From: Heterodontus francisci
Lineage: Eukaryota
Direction: 5' to 3'
Assembly (NCBI RefSeq): GCF_036365525.1
Contig: NC_090415.1
Span: forward strand, 11,222,001 to 11,286,000
Length of the DNA: 64,000 bases
Notes under the pieces: model-generated
The model's input: only the letters and a program-made list of their open reading frames with translations
Databases searched by the model: none
What the model was told of the DNA's origin: nothing
Position numbers and translations under genes: made by a program
Shown: positions 24,706-37,975 of the stretch, piece by piece
Numbering within the stretch: position 1 is the first letter of the stretch
How the letters are laid out: every line of letters begins with the position of its first letter

Positions 24706-25156
24706 ATGACCATCTTTATTGCCCTGTTGAATGTCAGGCTTTAATTCTGGAACTTGAATTAAACTATCTAAAAATGTCAGAGCAATTGATAAAATTCTCA
24801 TCATCCATGCAGTTCTCACATAAAATGGACCTGTGGTTTCTTTTTATGGCTACTATATATTGAAAAAGCCTTTAAAATAATCATGTTACAGTCTCAAACA
24901 AATAGTAAACGTACAGATATTTCCAGCACAGAAGGAAACCATTGGGCCCATCGACTCCATGCCAGCTCTCCATAGATGAATCCAGTCACACTCATTTCCC
25001 CACACGATCCTTGTCGCTCTGCAAGTTTATTTCCTTCAGATGCCATCCCAATATCCTCTTGACGTCATTAACTGCCTCAGCTTCTTCCACCCTTGTGGTC
25101 AGTGAGTTCCAGGTCATTACCATTCAGTGCAGATAAAGTTCTTTCTCGTATTCCAT

Positions 25157-26160
25157 CGTGGCAGATGGAGTTTAATCCAGACAAATGTGAGGTAATGCAT
25201 TTTGGAAGATCTAATACAGGTGGGAATTAACCAGTAAGTGGCAGAACCCTTAGGAGTATTGACAGGCAGAGAGATCTGGGCGTACAGGTCCACAGGTCAC
25301 TGAAAGTGGCAACGCAGGTGGATCAGGTAGTCAAGAAGACATATAGCATGCTTGCCTTCATCATTCGGGGCATAGAGTATAAATATTGGCAAGTCACGCT
25401 GCAGCTGTACAGAACTTTAGTTAGGCCACACGTGCAATTCTGGTCGCCACACTCCCAGTAGGACGTGGAGGCTTTGGAGTGGGTACAGAAGAGGTTTACC
25501 AGGATGTTGCCTGGTCTGGAGGACATTAGCTATGAGTGGAGGTTGGATAAACTCGGATTGTTTTCACTGGAACGACGGAGGTAGAGGGGCGACAGGATTG
25601 AGGTTTACAAAGTTATGAGTGGCATGGACAGAGTGGATAATCAGAAGATTTTTCCCCAGGGTGGAAGAGTCAATTTCCTGGGGACATAGGTTTAAGGTGA
25701 GAGGGGCAAAGTTTAGAAGGGATGTGCGAGGCAAGATCCTTACACAGAGGGTGGTGAGTGCCTGGAACTTGTTGCCGGGGGAGGTGGTGGAAGCAGGTAC
25801 CACAGAGACGTTTAAGAGGCAACTTGACAAATACACGAATAGAAACAAAAACAAGAAATGCTGGATTCACTCAGCAGGTCTGGCAGCATCTGTGGAAAGA
25901 GAAGCAGAGTTAACGTTTCGGGTCAGTGACCCTTCTTCGGAACTCAGATGCTGCCAGACCTGCTGAGTGAATCCAGCATTTCTTGTTTTTGTTTCAGATT
26001 TCCAGCATCCGCAGTATTTTGCTTTTAATTAAATACATGAATAGGATGGGAATAGAGGGATATGGACCCCGGAAGTGCAGAAGGTTTTAGTTTAGGCAGG
26101 CATCAAGATCGGCGCAGGCTTGGAGGGCCTGTTCCTGTGCTGTACTGTTCTTTGTTCTTG
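25157..26160 (+). mobile_element. CR1 LINE 3' part, interrupted by a palindromic element
   Basis: WQMEFN, GHRFKVRG, TQRVVSAWN, tail tgttctttgttct. Confidence 0.85.
25843..26030. mobile_element. Palindromic Penelope-derived short element (inverted terminal repeat around a hammerhead motif)
   Basis: Perfect 51-bp inverted repeat 25842-25892 / 25945-25995. TSD aaatacaYgaatag 25829-25842 / 26031-26044. Confidence 0.85.
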
Positions 26161-26243
26161 CTCAGAATGAAAGACCCAGCACATTCTTAAAAAGACATCT
26201 GAAGTCGGTGCTCTTCAGTGACAACCAGCTAAAAGAAACATTT

Positions 26244-26324
26244 CACAGACAAACGATTTGAAGTGACGCAGGCAGAGCTCAATGACTTAGTTGTCAATCG
26301 CGTTAACCACCCGACCACCTAGTC
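26244..26324 (-). pseudogene. tRNA-Ser(GCT)-derived pseudogene
   Basis: Minus strand gactaggtggtcgggtggttaacgcgattgacaactaagtcattgagctctgcctgcgtcacttcaaatc resembles vertebrate tRNA-Ser(GCT), including the long variable arm. Confidence 0.7.
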
Positions 26325-26929
26325 TGCCTGGGCCTAAATAGATGTGCGGTGGAATGATAGGTAGAGAATGAAAAAGTAACAGGCCAGTTCCAACAAAATG
26401 GAAATAATTGAAGAGACAGTAACAGAGGGAGTCAGAAGGTCAGGGATGTCGGCAGATAGATTTTTTGGCACATAACACAGAATATCTCTACTCCTCTTTT
26501 GTCCTCCACGAAAAGGGATCAATCTATAATCAGTGATGTAGAATTATTATGAAAATTGACCTGAAATGTGTCCGGTTGCAGGATACTGTGAATGAGGCTT
26601 TCAGCCGCTGGTTACAGACAGTATCATAAAAAGAAAAGAATAAAGCAGAATACATGGCGGATTACAAAAGCGAATCTGGAACAATCAGGGACAAAATGTG
26701 GAATAAAAAAAATTAAAAGTTTTTACAATGTTTTCTGGAAAACAATGTGACCTATAAATGTAATATTCAACATTGAAGCCGCCCCTTGTTTTACAAATAT
26801 ATTGGCGGGCTTTTCAAATGTGAAATATCGTTGGGAGGCTGACAAATTCACGCTCTGATTTTTCGCTCTCAATTCTTGTGATTGGTGAATTGAGCAGCTC
26901 TCTGATTGGTTACATGTACAGCACAATGA

Positions 26930-27439
<510 letters not shown>

Positions 27440-27469
27440 AGCGGCCTGACTTGAATCTGTGAACCCAAA

Positions 27470-27510
27470 GGCTCTTTTCAGAGCCACCCACTTTATCTGT
27501 GAAAGGGCTG
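27470..27510 (+). terminator. Histone stem-loop plus HDE (H2A)
   Basis: GGCTCTTTTCAGAGCC 27470-27485, GAAAGGGCTG. Confidence 0.95.
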
Positions 27511-27879
27511 GTTACTGTCTGAAAGACTGTAATATTATACTGTTATCATTGTTTTATGTTGGAATGAAGTGTACTGGATTTTGGCATTTAGTTGCTCATC
27601 AGATGAAATGCATTCTAATTCCCTCAGACCCTATTGGAAAGGCACTTTTACCATTCTACCCTTTATGTACCACAAACATTTGTTCAGTCCTAAAATGATC
27701 GCCGGTCTATTAAAATGCGCTGTGCACATTGGTATCGCTACTCTCGATCTTACAACAGACACGTCATGAAATCTCCAGCTGCCGGATGCAGACAAAAGTA
27801 TTTGTGTCTCCCGGCTTTGAGTAAATAAGAGGTCAAAACCTTCTAAGACGTTTATGTGCTGGAATGAACAAGAGATCAC

Positions 27880-27919
27880 AACTCTTTCTTTTGTCGATTT
27901 GGTGGCTCTTAAAAGAGCC
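27880..27919 (-). terminator. Histone stem-loop plus HDE (H3)
   Basis: Minus GGCTCTTTTAAGAGCC 27904-27919, GAAAGAGTTG. Confidence 0.95.
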
Positions 27920-27962
27920 GTTGTGGTATTTGATGCCGAACTCAGTTCCGGGCAGGGTCAGT

Positions 27963-28394
<432 letters not shown>

Positions 28395-28419
28395 TTAATG
28401 CGGAGGCTGCTCAGGGACT

Positions 28420-28590
28420 GCCTATTTAAGACAGTTGAGGGACCGCCCTAATGTTGTGACTGGATGCAGCCCCGTCCTTCATTTCAGTTTGAAACTCGCT
28501 CAGGGAAGTGAATGGGCGTCGGGAATTGCTGCTCCCTGATTGGTTGAACTGCAACTGAAATTTCATCAATTTGAAAAAGCCCGCCAATTT
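28420..28590 (-). promoter_or_regulatory. H3 promoter
   Basis: Minus TTAAATAG TATA-like ~28422-28429, GC box ~28443, CCAAT ~28540, TTGGCGGGCTTTTTCAAA ~28570-28587. Confidence 0.65.
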
Positions 28591-28872
28591 CAAATTAGCA
28601 AACTACTCAAAGATTAAATAAAACCTAATTCGGCGGGAACAATTATAAAATCTCACTGCTTGGAGCGTCATTTTTTCCCGCTCCAGATCCCCTTCTATCT
28701 TCCCACACGGTTTGAATTGGGGTTCATTCCTTGTTTGGTCTCAGGCGGGAATAAAGCTCCGGTCATTGCTTACTCGAACGGGAATAAATCCATCATCTTC
28801 ACCAGCAGTTCAGGTCGTCAATGGACATTGTCAAATGCAACCGTTTAATTCATGACGCGATAACTAAACATG
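28542..28872 (+). repeat. ~330-bp direct repeat of H3 upstream region (second copy 29854-30191)
   Basis: Both copies run ggttgaa...aaagcccgcca...ggcggga...catgacgcg...taaacatgga. Confidence 0.85.
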
Positions 28873-29850
28873 GAGTCATGGAGTTACACAGCACAGAAAC
28901 AGGCCCTTCGGCCCACCGAGTCTGTGCCGACCAACAACCACCCATTTATACTAATCCTCCATTAATCCCATATTCCCTGCGGCATCCCCACCATTCTCCT
29001 ACCATCTACCTACACTGGGAGCAATTTACCTATAAACCTGCAAGTATTTCTTCAAGCATCTAACTATTCTAATCCCATTTTCCAGCACTTGGTCCGTATT
29101 CTTGTATGCTATGGCGTTTCAAGTGCTCATCTAAATACCTCTTCAATGTTGTGAGGGTTCCTGCCTCTACCACCAATTCAGGCAGTGTGTTCCAGATTCC
29201 AACCACATGATGAGTGTTTTTTTCCCCCTCACATCTCCATTAAACCTCCTGCCCCTTACCGACTGATCGATCCGTTCGCTGAGGGAAAACAAAAAAGTTT
29301 CCTCCTGTCTAACCTATCAATGACCTTCATAATTTTGGATCCCTCAATCATGTCCCCCCTCAGCCTTCTCTTTTCTGAAAATCATTGAAAGTTTATGGCA
29401 CAGAAAGAAGCCACTTGGACCATCGTGTCTGTGCCAGCCGGAAATCTCTCCACCCATTCTAATCCCACCTGCCAGCATTTGGTCTGTAATCCAGTAGAAT
29501 ATGCACTTGAGGTGCATTTCCAGACTTTTATTGAATCATTAGAAGATTTCTGCCTCAACTACCCTTTCAGGCATTGAGTTCCAGACCCCCACCATCCTCT
29601 AGATGAGAGGGAAAAAAAACCTTGTCCTCATCTTCCCTCTAATCATTCTACCAAACGCTTTAAGTCTTTGACCCCTAGTCAGTGACCTCTGTATTAAGGT
29701 AAATTGGCCCTTCACCTACACTCTATCCAGGCCTCTCAAAATGTTATCCAATTCAATCAGATCTCTCCTCAGCATTCTCTGTGCCACAGAGAACAACCAC
29801 GGACCATTCAATCTTTCCTCAGAGCTGCATTTTTTCCAGTCCCGGCAACA
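28873..29850 (-). mobile_element. SINE tail and CR1 3' fragments
   Basis: acagcacagaaacaggcccttcggccc tails and CR1 ORF2-end similarity. Confidence 0.7.
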
Positions 29851-30359
29851 TCCGGTTGAAATGCAACTGAAATTGAATCAATTTCAAAAAGCCCGCCATT
29901 TTCAAATTATAAACGACGCAAAGATGAAAGAAAACCTAATTTGGCGGGACCGATTATAAAATCTCATTGCTTTTAGCGTCATTTTTTTCCGCCCTAGATC
30001 CCCCTCTGTGTCTTCCAACACGGTTTGAATAGGGGTTCATTCCCTGTTCGGTCTCTGGCGGGAATAAAGCTCCGGCCATTTCTTACTCTAACGGGAGTAA
30101 ATCCTTTTCTGCATCTTTACCGGCAGTTCAGGTCGGCAATGGACATTATCAAATGCAACCTTTTAATTCATGACGCGGTTATTAAACATGGAACAGAAGA
30201 AGAAAGTGAAAAAATGTGCGAGACGTGAAGTGACTATAAGAGAATTCAATACTGATCTGATAAAGTCCACATAACATTGGATGAGCTACAACAATTTCAC
30301 ATCCCAAGACAACCCCGTTTTAGTTTCAAGGTCAGTTATCTCTATGTGAGGTTTTGGGT

Positions 30360-30375
30360 GGCTCTTAGAAGAGCC
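30360..30375 (-). terminator. Histone stem-loop (H4)
   Basis: Minus GGCTCTTCTAAGAGCC-ACCCA. Confidence 0.93.
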
Positions 30376-30405
30376 TTTTGTTTTTGGTAGACAAGGTCGA
30401 TTTGT

Positions 30406-30726
<321 letters not shown>

Positions 30727-30772
30727 TCAGACAAACCGATTCTGAATGAGAAACGAGTAGTTTCTGCTGCCT

Positions 30773-30915
30773 TTTTATACAGCCTGCCCCGACCTGACTG
30801 AGAAAGAGACAGAGAGCCAGAGGCGGGTCTGGAGGAAACTGAGTGACAGACAGAGCAGAGGAATGTCTTTGATCCTCTCGCTCCGCCTCCCACTTGCTCG
30901 AACCGCCAATTCAAG
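30773..30915 (-). promoter_or_regulatory. H4 promoter
   Basis: Minus TATAAAA 30773-30779, TCAGGTCGG site-II-like element just upstream, GC boxes. Confidence 0.7.
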
Positions 30916-31409
30916 AAAAAACAGTTCTCGACATTCGAGCTCAGCATAAAACCTGGAGATTCGGCCTTTATCGCCAATGATAACAAAAACCGGCGGTCTA
31001 AATACGGATCTGTAACAAATAAAAGTTAGTAATACACCCGCCTAAGTGCAGTGCTTCCGATCACAAGTCAACCTGTTTCGGCACACCTCTCCTCCCAGAC
31101 GGATTGAGCAGTTTACTGAAACCGAACCCCAGCTGAATTATACAAAATCATGTATTGGGGTTTGAGATGTGACGCGGGGTATCTCGCCCGTGTTATTGTG
31201 TTACAGGCTGTCGCCCTGAAACGGGCATGAACTGAGACTTCACCGAACATATACCCGGGTACAGTGAGGCCCGGACATCCCTGATTTGTTGCAGAGAGTG
31301 AGGAAGGGCTGGGTTGAGAGTCACCAGGGAACCTGGATTTACTTCAAATCATTTCTAGGTGAAATGTGCACACGACTGCGGGACAGGGATCATTTGATCG
31401 GGGGATCAG

Positions 31410-31447
31410 CTCTTTCCTGAGAGACGTGGGTGGCTCTGAAAAGAGCC
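31410..31447 (-). terminator. Histone stem-loop plus HDE (H1)
   Basis: Minus GGCTCTTTTCAGAGCC 31432-31447, GGAAAGAG. Confidence 0.95.
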
Positions 31448-31483
31448 TTTGGGTTTAGATGTCTACAAGTTTCCCGTGCTGTT

Positions 31484-32167
31484 TCACTTCTTTCCAGGGG
31501 CTGCTTTCTGAGCCTTTGCTGCTTTCGGCTTCTTCCCGCCCCTTGACGATTGGACTTTCTTGGGCGGCTTTCCGCCCGTGGCCCTCTTGGCTTTATTAGC
31601 TTTCTTCGCTGGAGATTTTTTTGGAAGCGTTGCTTTCTTTACCGCCTTCTTTGGCGTTGCCGTCTTCTTGGTGCTCACTTTCTTGGCTGCTGTCTTCTTG
31701 CTGCTCACTTTCTTGGCGACTATTTTCTTCCCTGGGGATTTCTTGGCTGTTTTCTTTGTGATCTGTTTCTTGGCAGCTGTTTTCTTCACTAAAGATCTCT
31801 TGGCTGCTCCTGTCTTAATCTTCTTCACCACATTTCCCTTCTTTTCCTGTTTCGCGATTTTGAAGGTGCCGGACGCCCCCGTGCCCTTCGTCTGCACCAG
31901 GAAGTCTTTCGCCACAAGCCGCTTGATACTTTGCTTGATTTGGAACTTGCCCTTCTCCACATCGACACCTTTAACACGCAGAGCCTTCTTTATTGCCTGC
32001 AGTGACATCCCACTGCGGACACTGCATTCCGCCACAGTCTTGAGGATCAGCTCGCCCAACTTGGGACCTCCTGACCCCTTCCGGGGAGCCGCCTTCTTCT
32101 TCTTGGGAGTCTTGACTTGAGCGGCGGCGGCTGGAGGAGCCGTTTCGGCGGCTGCAGTGTCGGTCAT
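31484..32167 (-). CDS. H1: Linker histone H1, divergent
   Basis: 227 aa from MTDTAAAE. Globular domain ends LVQTKGTGASGTFKI; K/A-rich tail with S/TPKK motifs. Confidence 0.95.
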   Translation of the reverse strand: MTDTAAAETAPPAAAAQVKTPKKKKAAPRKGSGGPKLGELILKTVAECSVRSGMSLQAIKKALRVKGVDVEKGKFQIKQSIKRLVAKDFLVQTKGTGASGTFKIAKQEKKGNVVKKIKTGAAKRSLVKKTAAKKQITKKTAKKSPGKKIVAKKVSSKKTAAKKVSTKKTATPKKAVKKATLPKKSPAKKANKAKRATGGKPPKKVQSSRGGKKPKAAKAQKAAPGKK

Positions 32168-32243
32168 GTCCAGGACTCTGCACAAAGTCTCTCTGTCAGT
32201 CAGAACTGGGTCAGAAATGAAGCTGGTGGTGGCGGCACTGAGC

Positions 32244-32318
32244 AACTTAAAGGCAGCGAGCGGACGGGGCGGAGACAACCTGCTGTCAGCTCCCGGCTCC
32301 TGCTGCCTCTCTGTGTTT
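32244..32318 (-). promoter_or_regulatory. H1 promoter: H1 box, GC box, TATA-like
   Basis: Minus AAACACA at 32312-32318, GGGCGG ~32267, TTTAAG ~32245-32250. Confidence 0.7.
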
Positions 32319-33674
32319 CTCTCTGGTCCTAAACTCTCCAATTCCACTGAAATTCGGGTATTCCAGAGTCCCAGGCTAGATCCTTCCTGTCTCTGACATC
32401 AGAATGTTTGCTGTCACAAAGGTTTCACTTGAAGTAAAGACTCCATTTTCGACTGAAACCCGTTTCATTGCTGCACTGATGACTCTCTCTCAGCCGATCG
32501 CTGACATGTTCCATACTTTTCGATTAAAATCTTGAAATCAACAAACAAACAACACTGAATTCCCACTTTGAGGATTAGAAGGGGAGCAAAGTGCTTCTTT
32601 GACTGGAAAATCTTGTTATTTTACGCAAGAGGGACTCGGAAATCCGGCGATGAGACCAGACCCACAAACACAGTGGCATTAGACTAACGCGCCCGCCCCT
32701 TTAATACACTCTCTTACACAATATTCACATCCACACAATCTCAGGCCGAACTGTTCGCTCAATTTAGCGTTCCCAGGACAGGATTTCCCCTCCGCTCGGC
32801 CTGTGCTGCGGATTCACGGTGGGTATTTGTATTTTCTAGACTCAGTAAGTGTTAAACACTCGGAGACTGGCGCTGCGAATGTTGTCTGTTTCCCAGATTT
32901 GGCGTCAAGAGCCTATCACAGCTTTGAATGTGTTCAAACCAATATCGGCTTTGATGTTATTATATTGATCACACACAAGCATGTTTCCTGACGGTGAAAA
33001 TACAAATTATGCCCTGTCTGTCCCTACATTCCATCCATATTTTTTTCTCGGTGTCCTAGACATCCCATTCTCAACAAGGAGAGACGTCCAGTTGCACAAT
33101 AATCCCACATTCATACACAGTGTTTTTATTTTGTTCCAGGCAGTGACAGGCTGGTTCTCTCCGTGCTTAGATTCAGGACTGAAGATGGATAAATACACCG
33201 TCAGATTCGAACATCCGAGCGGAGAAGTGACAGTGACCGTCTCACCTGCGGCACCGGTGGCGTGTTCACTGTTCCAGTACCGTACGTCTCTTCAGCGTGT
33301 CCATAACACGCTCAATAACTTCATTCCTCTTTCATATACAACAACAGAGCGACAGAGAAAGGGAGAGTGAAAGAGAGAGAGGGGTGAGAGAGGGAGGGAG
33401 ACAGACCGTTTCAGTCTTACAATTTCCAACTGTGTGTCCCTTTCACACAGAATAACAGTATGTCACCTTCACCTGAATATTCAGAGAGAGAGACTATCAG
33501 TTCTACAATAGAATGCATACATATAACACTTAGTAACTGTATCTCCAACATAGATACAGCACCAAAGGCAGAGGGAGAGAGACAGCATCAATAGCGAGAA
33601 AAAGGCAGAGACAGAGAAAGATCTGGATTGGGGGAGAGGCTTGGAGGATGGTGAGATAGAGAGATATGTATTCA

Positions 33675-35290
33675 CTTAGAATCACAGAAGCATCGAAATT
33701 TTATGGCACAGAAAGAAGCCACTTGGCCCATCGTGTCTGTGCCAGCCGAAAAGAATTCCACCTATTCTAATCCCAGCTGCCAGCATTTGGTCCGTAACCC
33801 GCAGATTACGGCACTTGAGATGCATATCCAGACCTCTTTTGTATGAGTTGAAGGTTTATGCCTCAACTACCCTTTCAGGTAGTGAGTTCCAGAACACCAC
33901 CACACACTTTTTTTCAAATTCATTCATATAATGTGGGTGTTGCTGGCTCGGCCAGCATTTATTGCCGATCCCTCACTGCCCTTGAGGAGGTTGTGGTGAA
34001 ATGGCTTCTTGAACTGCTGCTGTGAGGTAGGTACAGCCACAGTGCTGTTAGGAAGGGAGTTCCAGGATTTTGACACAGCGACAGTGAATGAACAGCAATA
34101 TAATTCTAAGTCAGGATGATGTGACAGGATTGCAGAGCTTAGATCTGATCTGTTGGTTATGAGATCACTTGGCTCTGTCTATCGCATGCTGCTTACGCAA
34201 TTTGGCCCCCAAATAATCCTGTGTTGTAGCTTCCCCAGGTTGACACCTCATTTTGAGGTATGCCTGGTGCTGCTCCAGGCATGCCCTGCTGTACCCTTCA
34301 TTGAACCACGTTTGGTCACCTACCTTGATGGTAATGGTAGACTGGGGGATATGCCGGGCCATGAAATTACAGATTGCAGTTGAGTGCAATTCTACTGTTG
34401 TTGGTAACTCGATCCTCATGTACGAACATACGAATTATGATCAGGAGTAGGCCACTCGGTCCTTCGAGCCTGCTCTGCCATGCCATTCAATAAGTTTTTG
34501 TCTCTACTGATTACTTCACATTTCCACCACCCCCCGGTAATCCTCCACTCCCTTGCTCGTCAAGAAACTATTTACACTGCCTTAAAAATGTTCAAAGACT
34601 CCGCTTATATCGCCTTTTGAGGATGAGAATTCACAAGGCTCACGACCCTCCGAAAGAAAATAAAAATCTCCTTATCTCTGTCTTAAATTTGCGACCCCTT
34701 ATTTCTAAACAGTGACCCCTAGTTATAGATTCTCCCACAAGGGGAAACATCCTTTCCACATCCACCCTGTCAAGACCCCTCAGGATCTTATATGTTTCAA
34801 TCAAGTCACATCTTACTCTTCTAAATTCCAGTGGATACAAGCCTAGCTTGTCCAATCCTTCCTCGTAAGACAGCCCGTCCATTCCAGGCATTAGCCTAGT
34901 AAACCTTCTCTGTACTGCCTCCAACGCATTACACCGTTCCTTAAATAAGGAGACCAGCACTGTACACATTAATCCGAATGGCCCACAGAGCCTCATGGAT
35001 GCCCAGTTTTGCATTGCTGGGTGAGGAAAACTTTCCCTTATCTCCCCTCTAATCTTTCTACCAAACACTTTAAGTCTTTGTCCCCTCGTCACTGAGCTCC
35101 CTACGAAGGTAAATAGGCCCTTGACATCCACTCTATCCAGGCCTCTCAAAATGTTGTACATTTCAATCAGATCTACCATTCTCTGTTCCAAGGGGAACAG
35201 TCCCAGCCCACCCAATCTTTCCTCATAGCTGCATTTTTTCCAGTCCCGGCAACATCCTTGTAAATCTCCTCTGTACCCTCTATAATTCAA
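33675..35290 (-). mobile_element. Stack of CR1-clade LINE 3' fragments (several subfamilies)
   Basis: Multiple tails and ORF2 fragments (34165-34419, 34640-35290). Confidence 0.8.
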
Positions 35291-35292
35291 TT

Positions 35293-36394
35293 CTTCTTTG
35301 GCCTCCTTATCTCCACAGACAATGGATGTGGTCAGTGGTGTGTGGAGCAGTGCCTGGAGTGGCTATAAAGGACAATTCTAGAGTGACAGGCTCTTCCACA
35401 GGTGCTGCAGAAAAAATTGATTGTTGGGGCTGTTACACAGTTGGCTCTTCCCTTGTGCCTCGGTCTTATTTCCTGCCAACTGCAGGAACTCACCACACTT
35501 TAGCCCCGCCTTTATGGCTGTCCGCCAGCTCTGGCGAACGCTGGCAACTGACTCCCACGACTTGTGATCAATGTCACAGGATTTCATGTCGCGTTTGCAG
35601 ACGTCTTTAAAGCGGAGACATGGACGGCCGATGGGTCTGATACCAGTGGCGAGCTCGCTGTACAATGTGTCTTTGGGGATCCTGCCATCTTCCATGCAGC
35701 TCACATGGCCAAGCCATCTCAAGCAACGCTGACTCAGTAGTGTGTATAAGCTGGGGATGTTGGCCGCCTCGAGGACTTCTGTGTTGGAGATACGGTCCTG
35801 CCACCTGATGCCAAGTATTCTCCGGAGGCAGCGAAGATGGAATGAATTGAGACGTCGCTCTTGGCTGACATACGTTGTCCAGGCCTCGCTGCCATAGAGC
35901 AAGGTACTGAGGACACAGGCTTGATACACTCGGACTTTTGTGTTCCGTGTCAGTGCGCCATTTTCCCACACTCGCTTGGCCAGTCTGGACATAGCAGTGG
36001 AAGCCTTTCCCATGCGCTTGTTGATTTCTGCATCTAGAGGCAGGTTACTGGTGATAGTTGATCCGCGGTAGGTGAACTCTTGAACCACTTCCAGAGCGTG
36101 GTCGCTAATATTGAGGGATGGAGCATTTCTGACGTCCTGCCCCATGATGTTCGTTTTCCTGAGGCTGATGGTTAGGCCAAATTCATTGCAGGCAGCCACA
36201 AACCTGTCGATGAGACTCTGCAGGCACTCTTCAGTGTGAGATGTTAAAGCAGCATCGTCAGCAAAGAGGAGTTCCCTGATGAGGACTTTCCGTACTTTGG
36301 ACTTCGCACTCAGACGGGCAAGGTTGAACAACCTGCGTCCTGATCTTGTGTGGAGGAAAATTCCTTCTTCCCAGGACTTGAACGCATGTGAAAG
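35293..36394 (-). mobile_element. 5'-truncated RTE-clade LINE (RT C-terminal half) nested in CR1
   Basis: 339-aa ORF with RELLFADDAAL, LLYGSEAW, LRWLGHV, GRP. Tail ggccaaagaagaa; possible caatt TSD. Confidence 0.9.
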
Positions 36395-37290
36395 CAATTA
36401 CATCACTTCTATAATGAGGTGACGAGAACTGCACACAGTCCTCAAGTTGTGGCCTAACCAATGATTGATATATTTCCAGGATAACCTTCCTGCTATTATA
36501 TTCTAGACCTCAGCTAATAAAGGGAAGGATTCCATATGCCTTCTTAACCACCTTGTCGACCTGTCCTCCTACCTTCTGGGTCAGTGGACATTTACTCCAA
36601 GGTCCCTCACATTCTCTACACAACTCAGTATATTCCCATTAATCATGTATTCCTTTGCCTTGTTTGACCTCCCAAAATGCATCGCCTCACACTTATCCGA
36701 ATTTTATTCCATTTGTCATTTTTTTGCCCATATGTCCAGAGCATCAATATCTTCTTGCAGCCTACAGCAATCCTCCTCGCTTTCTATCACACGACCAATT
36801 TTTGTGTCGTCTGTAAGCTTCTTGATCATGTCCCCTACATTTACGTCCAAATCATTAATATATACCACAATGAGCAGGTGACCCAGTACTGAGCGGAACG
36901 CCAATGGAAACAGCCCTCCAATCGCAAAAACACCCGTTAATAATTACCCTTTATTGCCTGCCACTGAACCTAATTTACATCCAGCTTACTGTATTTTCCT
37001 GGATCCCCCGGGATTTTACTTTTTGAAACAGTCTGCTATGTGGGAACTTGTCAAAATCCTTGTTAAACTCCATGTAGACCACATCAACTGCAGTGCCCTC
37101 ACACAACTTCCTTTTTACTTCTTCAATAAATTCGATCAAGTTGGTCAGACGAGATCTTCCCTTCACAAATCCACGCTGACTATTCTTGACTAATCGATGC
37201 CTTTCTAAGTGACAGTTTATCCTGTCTCTCAGAATGATTCCAATATTTTGCTCACTATTGAGGTTAGACTGACTGGCCTGTAATTATTGA
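36395..37290 (-). mobile_element. CR1 LINE RT fragment
   Basis: LTNLIEF...DVVYMEF, YINDLD, VRPQLE. Confidence 0.85.
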
Positions 37291-37559
37291 GTTGTGGGCT
37301 GAAATGTCAGATTCGTTTTATCTCGAAAGATCCACCCGGGGAGACCGACGATACAAACTTATCTCTCACTTATTTGGTGCCACAAGCAGCCACATTATTA
37401 ATCTCACAATCTGAGGACGTGTCCGAAAGTGAGTCACACAATGTCCCAAATGTAACTTTTTTTCTGCCCTGTTGAGGTCTCTGCAATGTTTCAGCTCGAA
37501 CCGTTCGCTCTGACACTCAGTGACAGACATTTTCAATGTGATTACATGAATCTAGGACT

Positions 37560-37975
37560 GTTACTGTCAGATATTAAATCCTGCGCGATCCCAGCAAACA
37601 CACCGACTCCCTCCAAGGATTGCTTTGAGAAACTGGGCAAACATACTGCAGAGAATAATCTCAAATTGAACTTTATAAAGGGGTAATCTCCCAGATGGGA
37701 ACCTTCTCTATCTTACCCGCAGCCCCTGTTCCATTGCTCACAATGTGATAAAACTGAACTGAATAAAGTTCCAATTGTTTGTATTTTTGTTTTTCAAAGC
37801 GTTGCCGAAAGAAGCGCATGCGCGTTAAAGCCCCGCCCACACCTCTGATCGTTGATGACCGAAAGAGCGCATGCGCTCCCTGTGCCAGCAAGGCTTTTGA
37901 ACGGCATTTATTCTAAGAGGGGAAAGCGTTTGTTTTTAACAGAGGGAATGGAGATATTACAGTATCGGGGTAAGT
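37560..37975 (+). promoter_or_regulatory. Putative Pol II promoter and first exon (two NRF1 motifs, GTAAGT donor)
   Basis: GCGCATGCGC at ~37814 and ~37867, CCCCGCCC ~37830, ATG 37948, GTAAGT 37970. Confidence 0.6.

Noticed and set aside
33350-33670. GA-rich tracts; also (ccct)n at ~3656 and poly-G at ~4097
   Set aside because: Ordinary low-complexity sequence.
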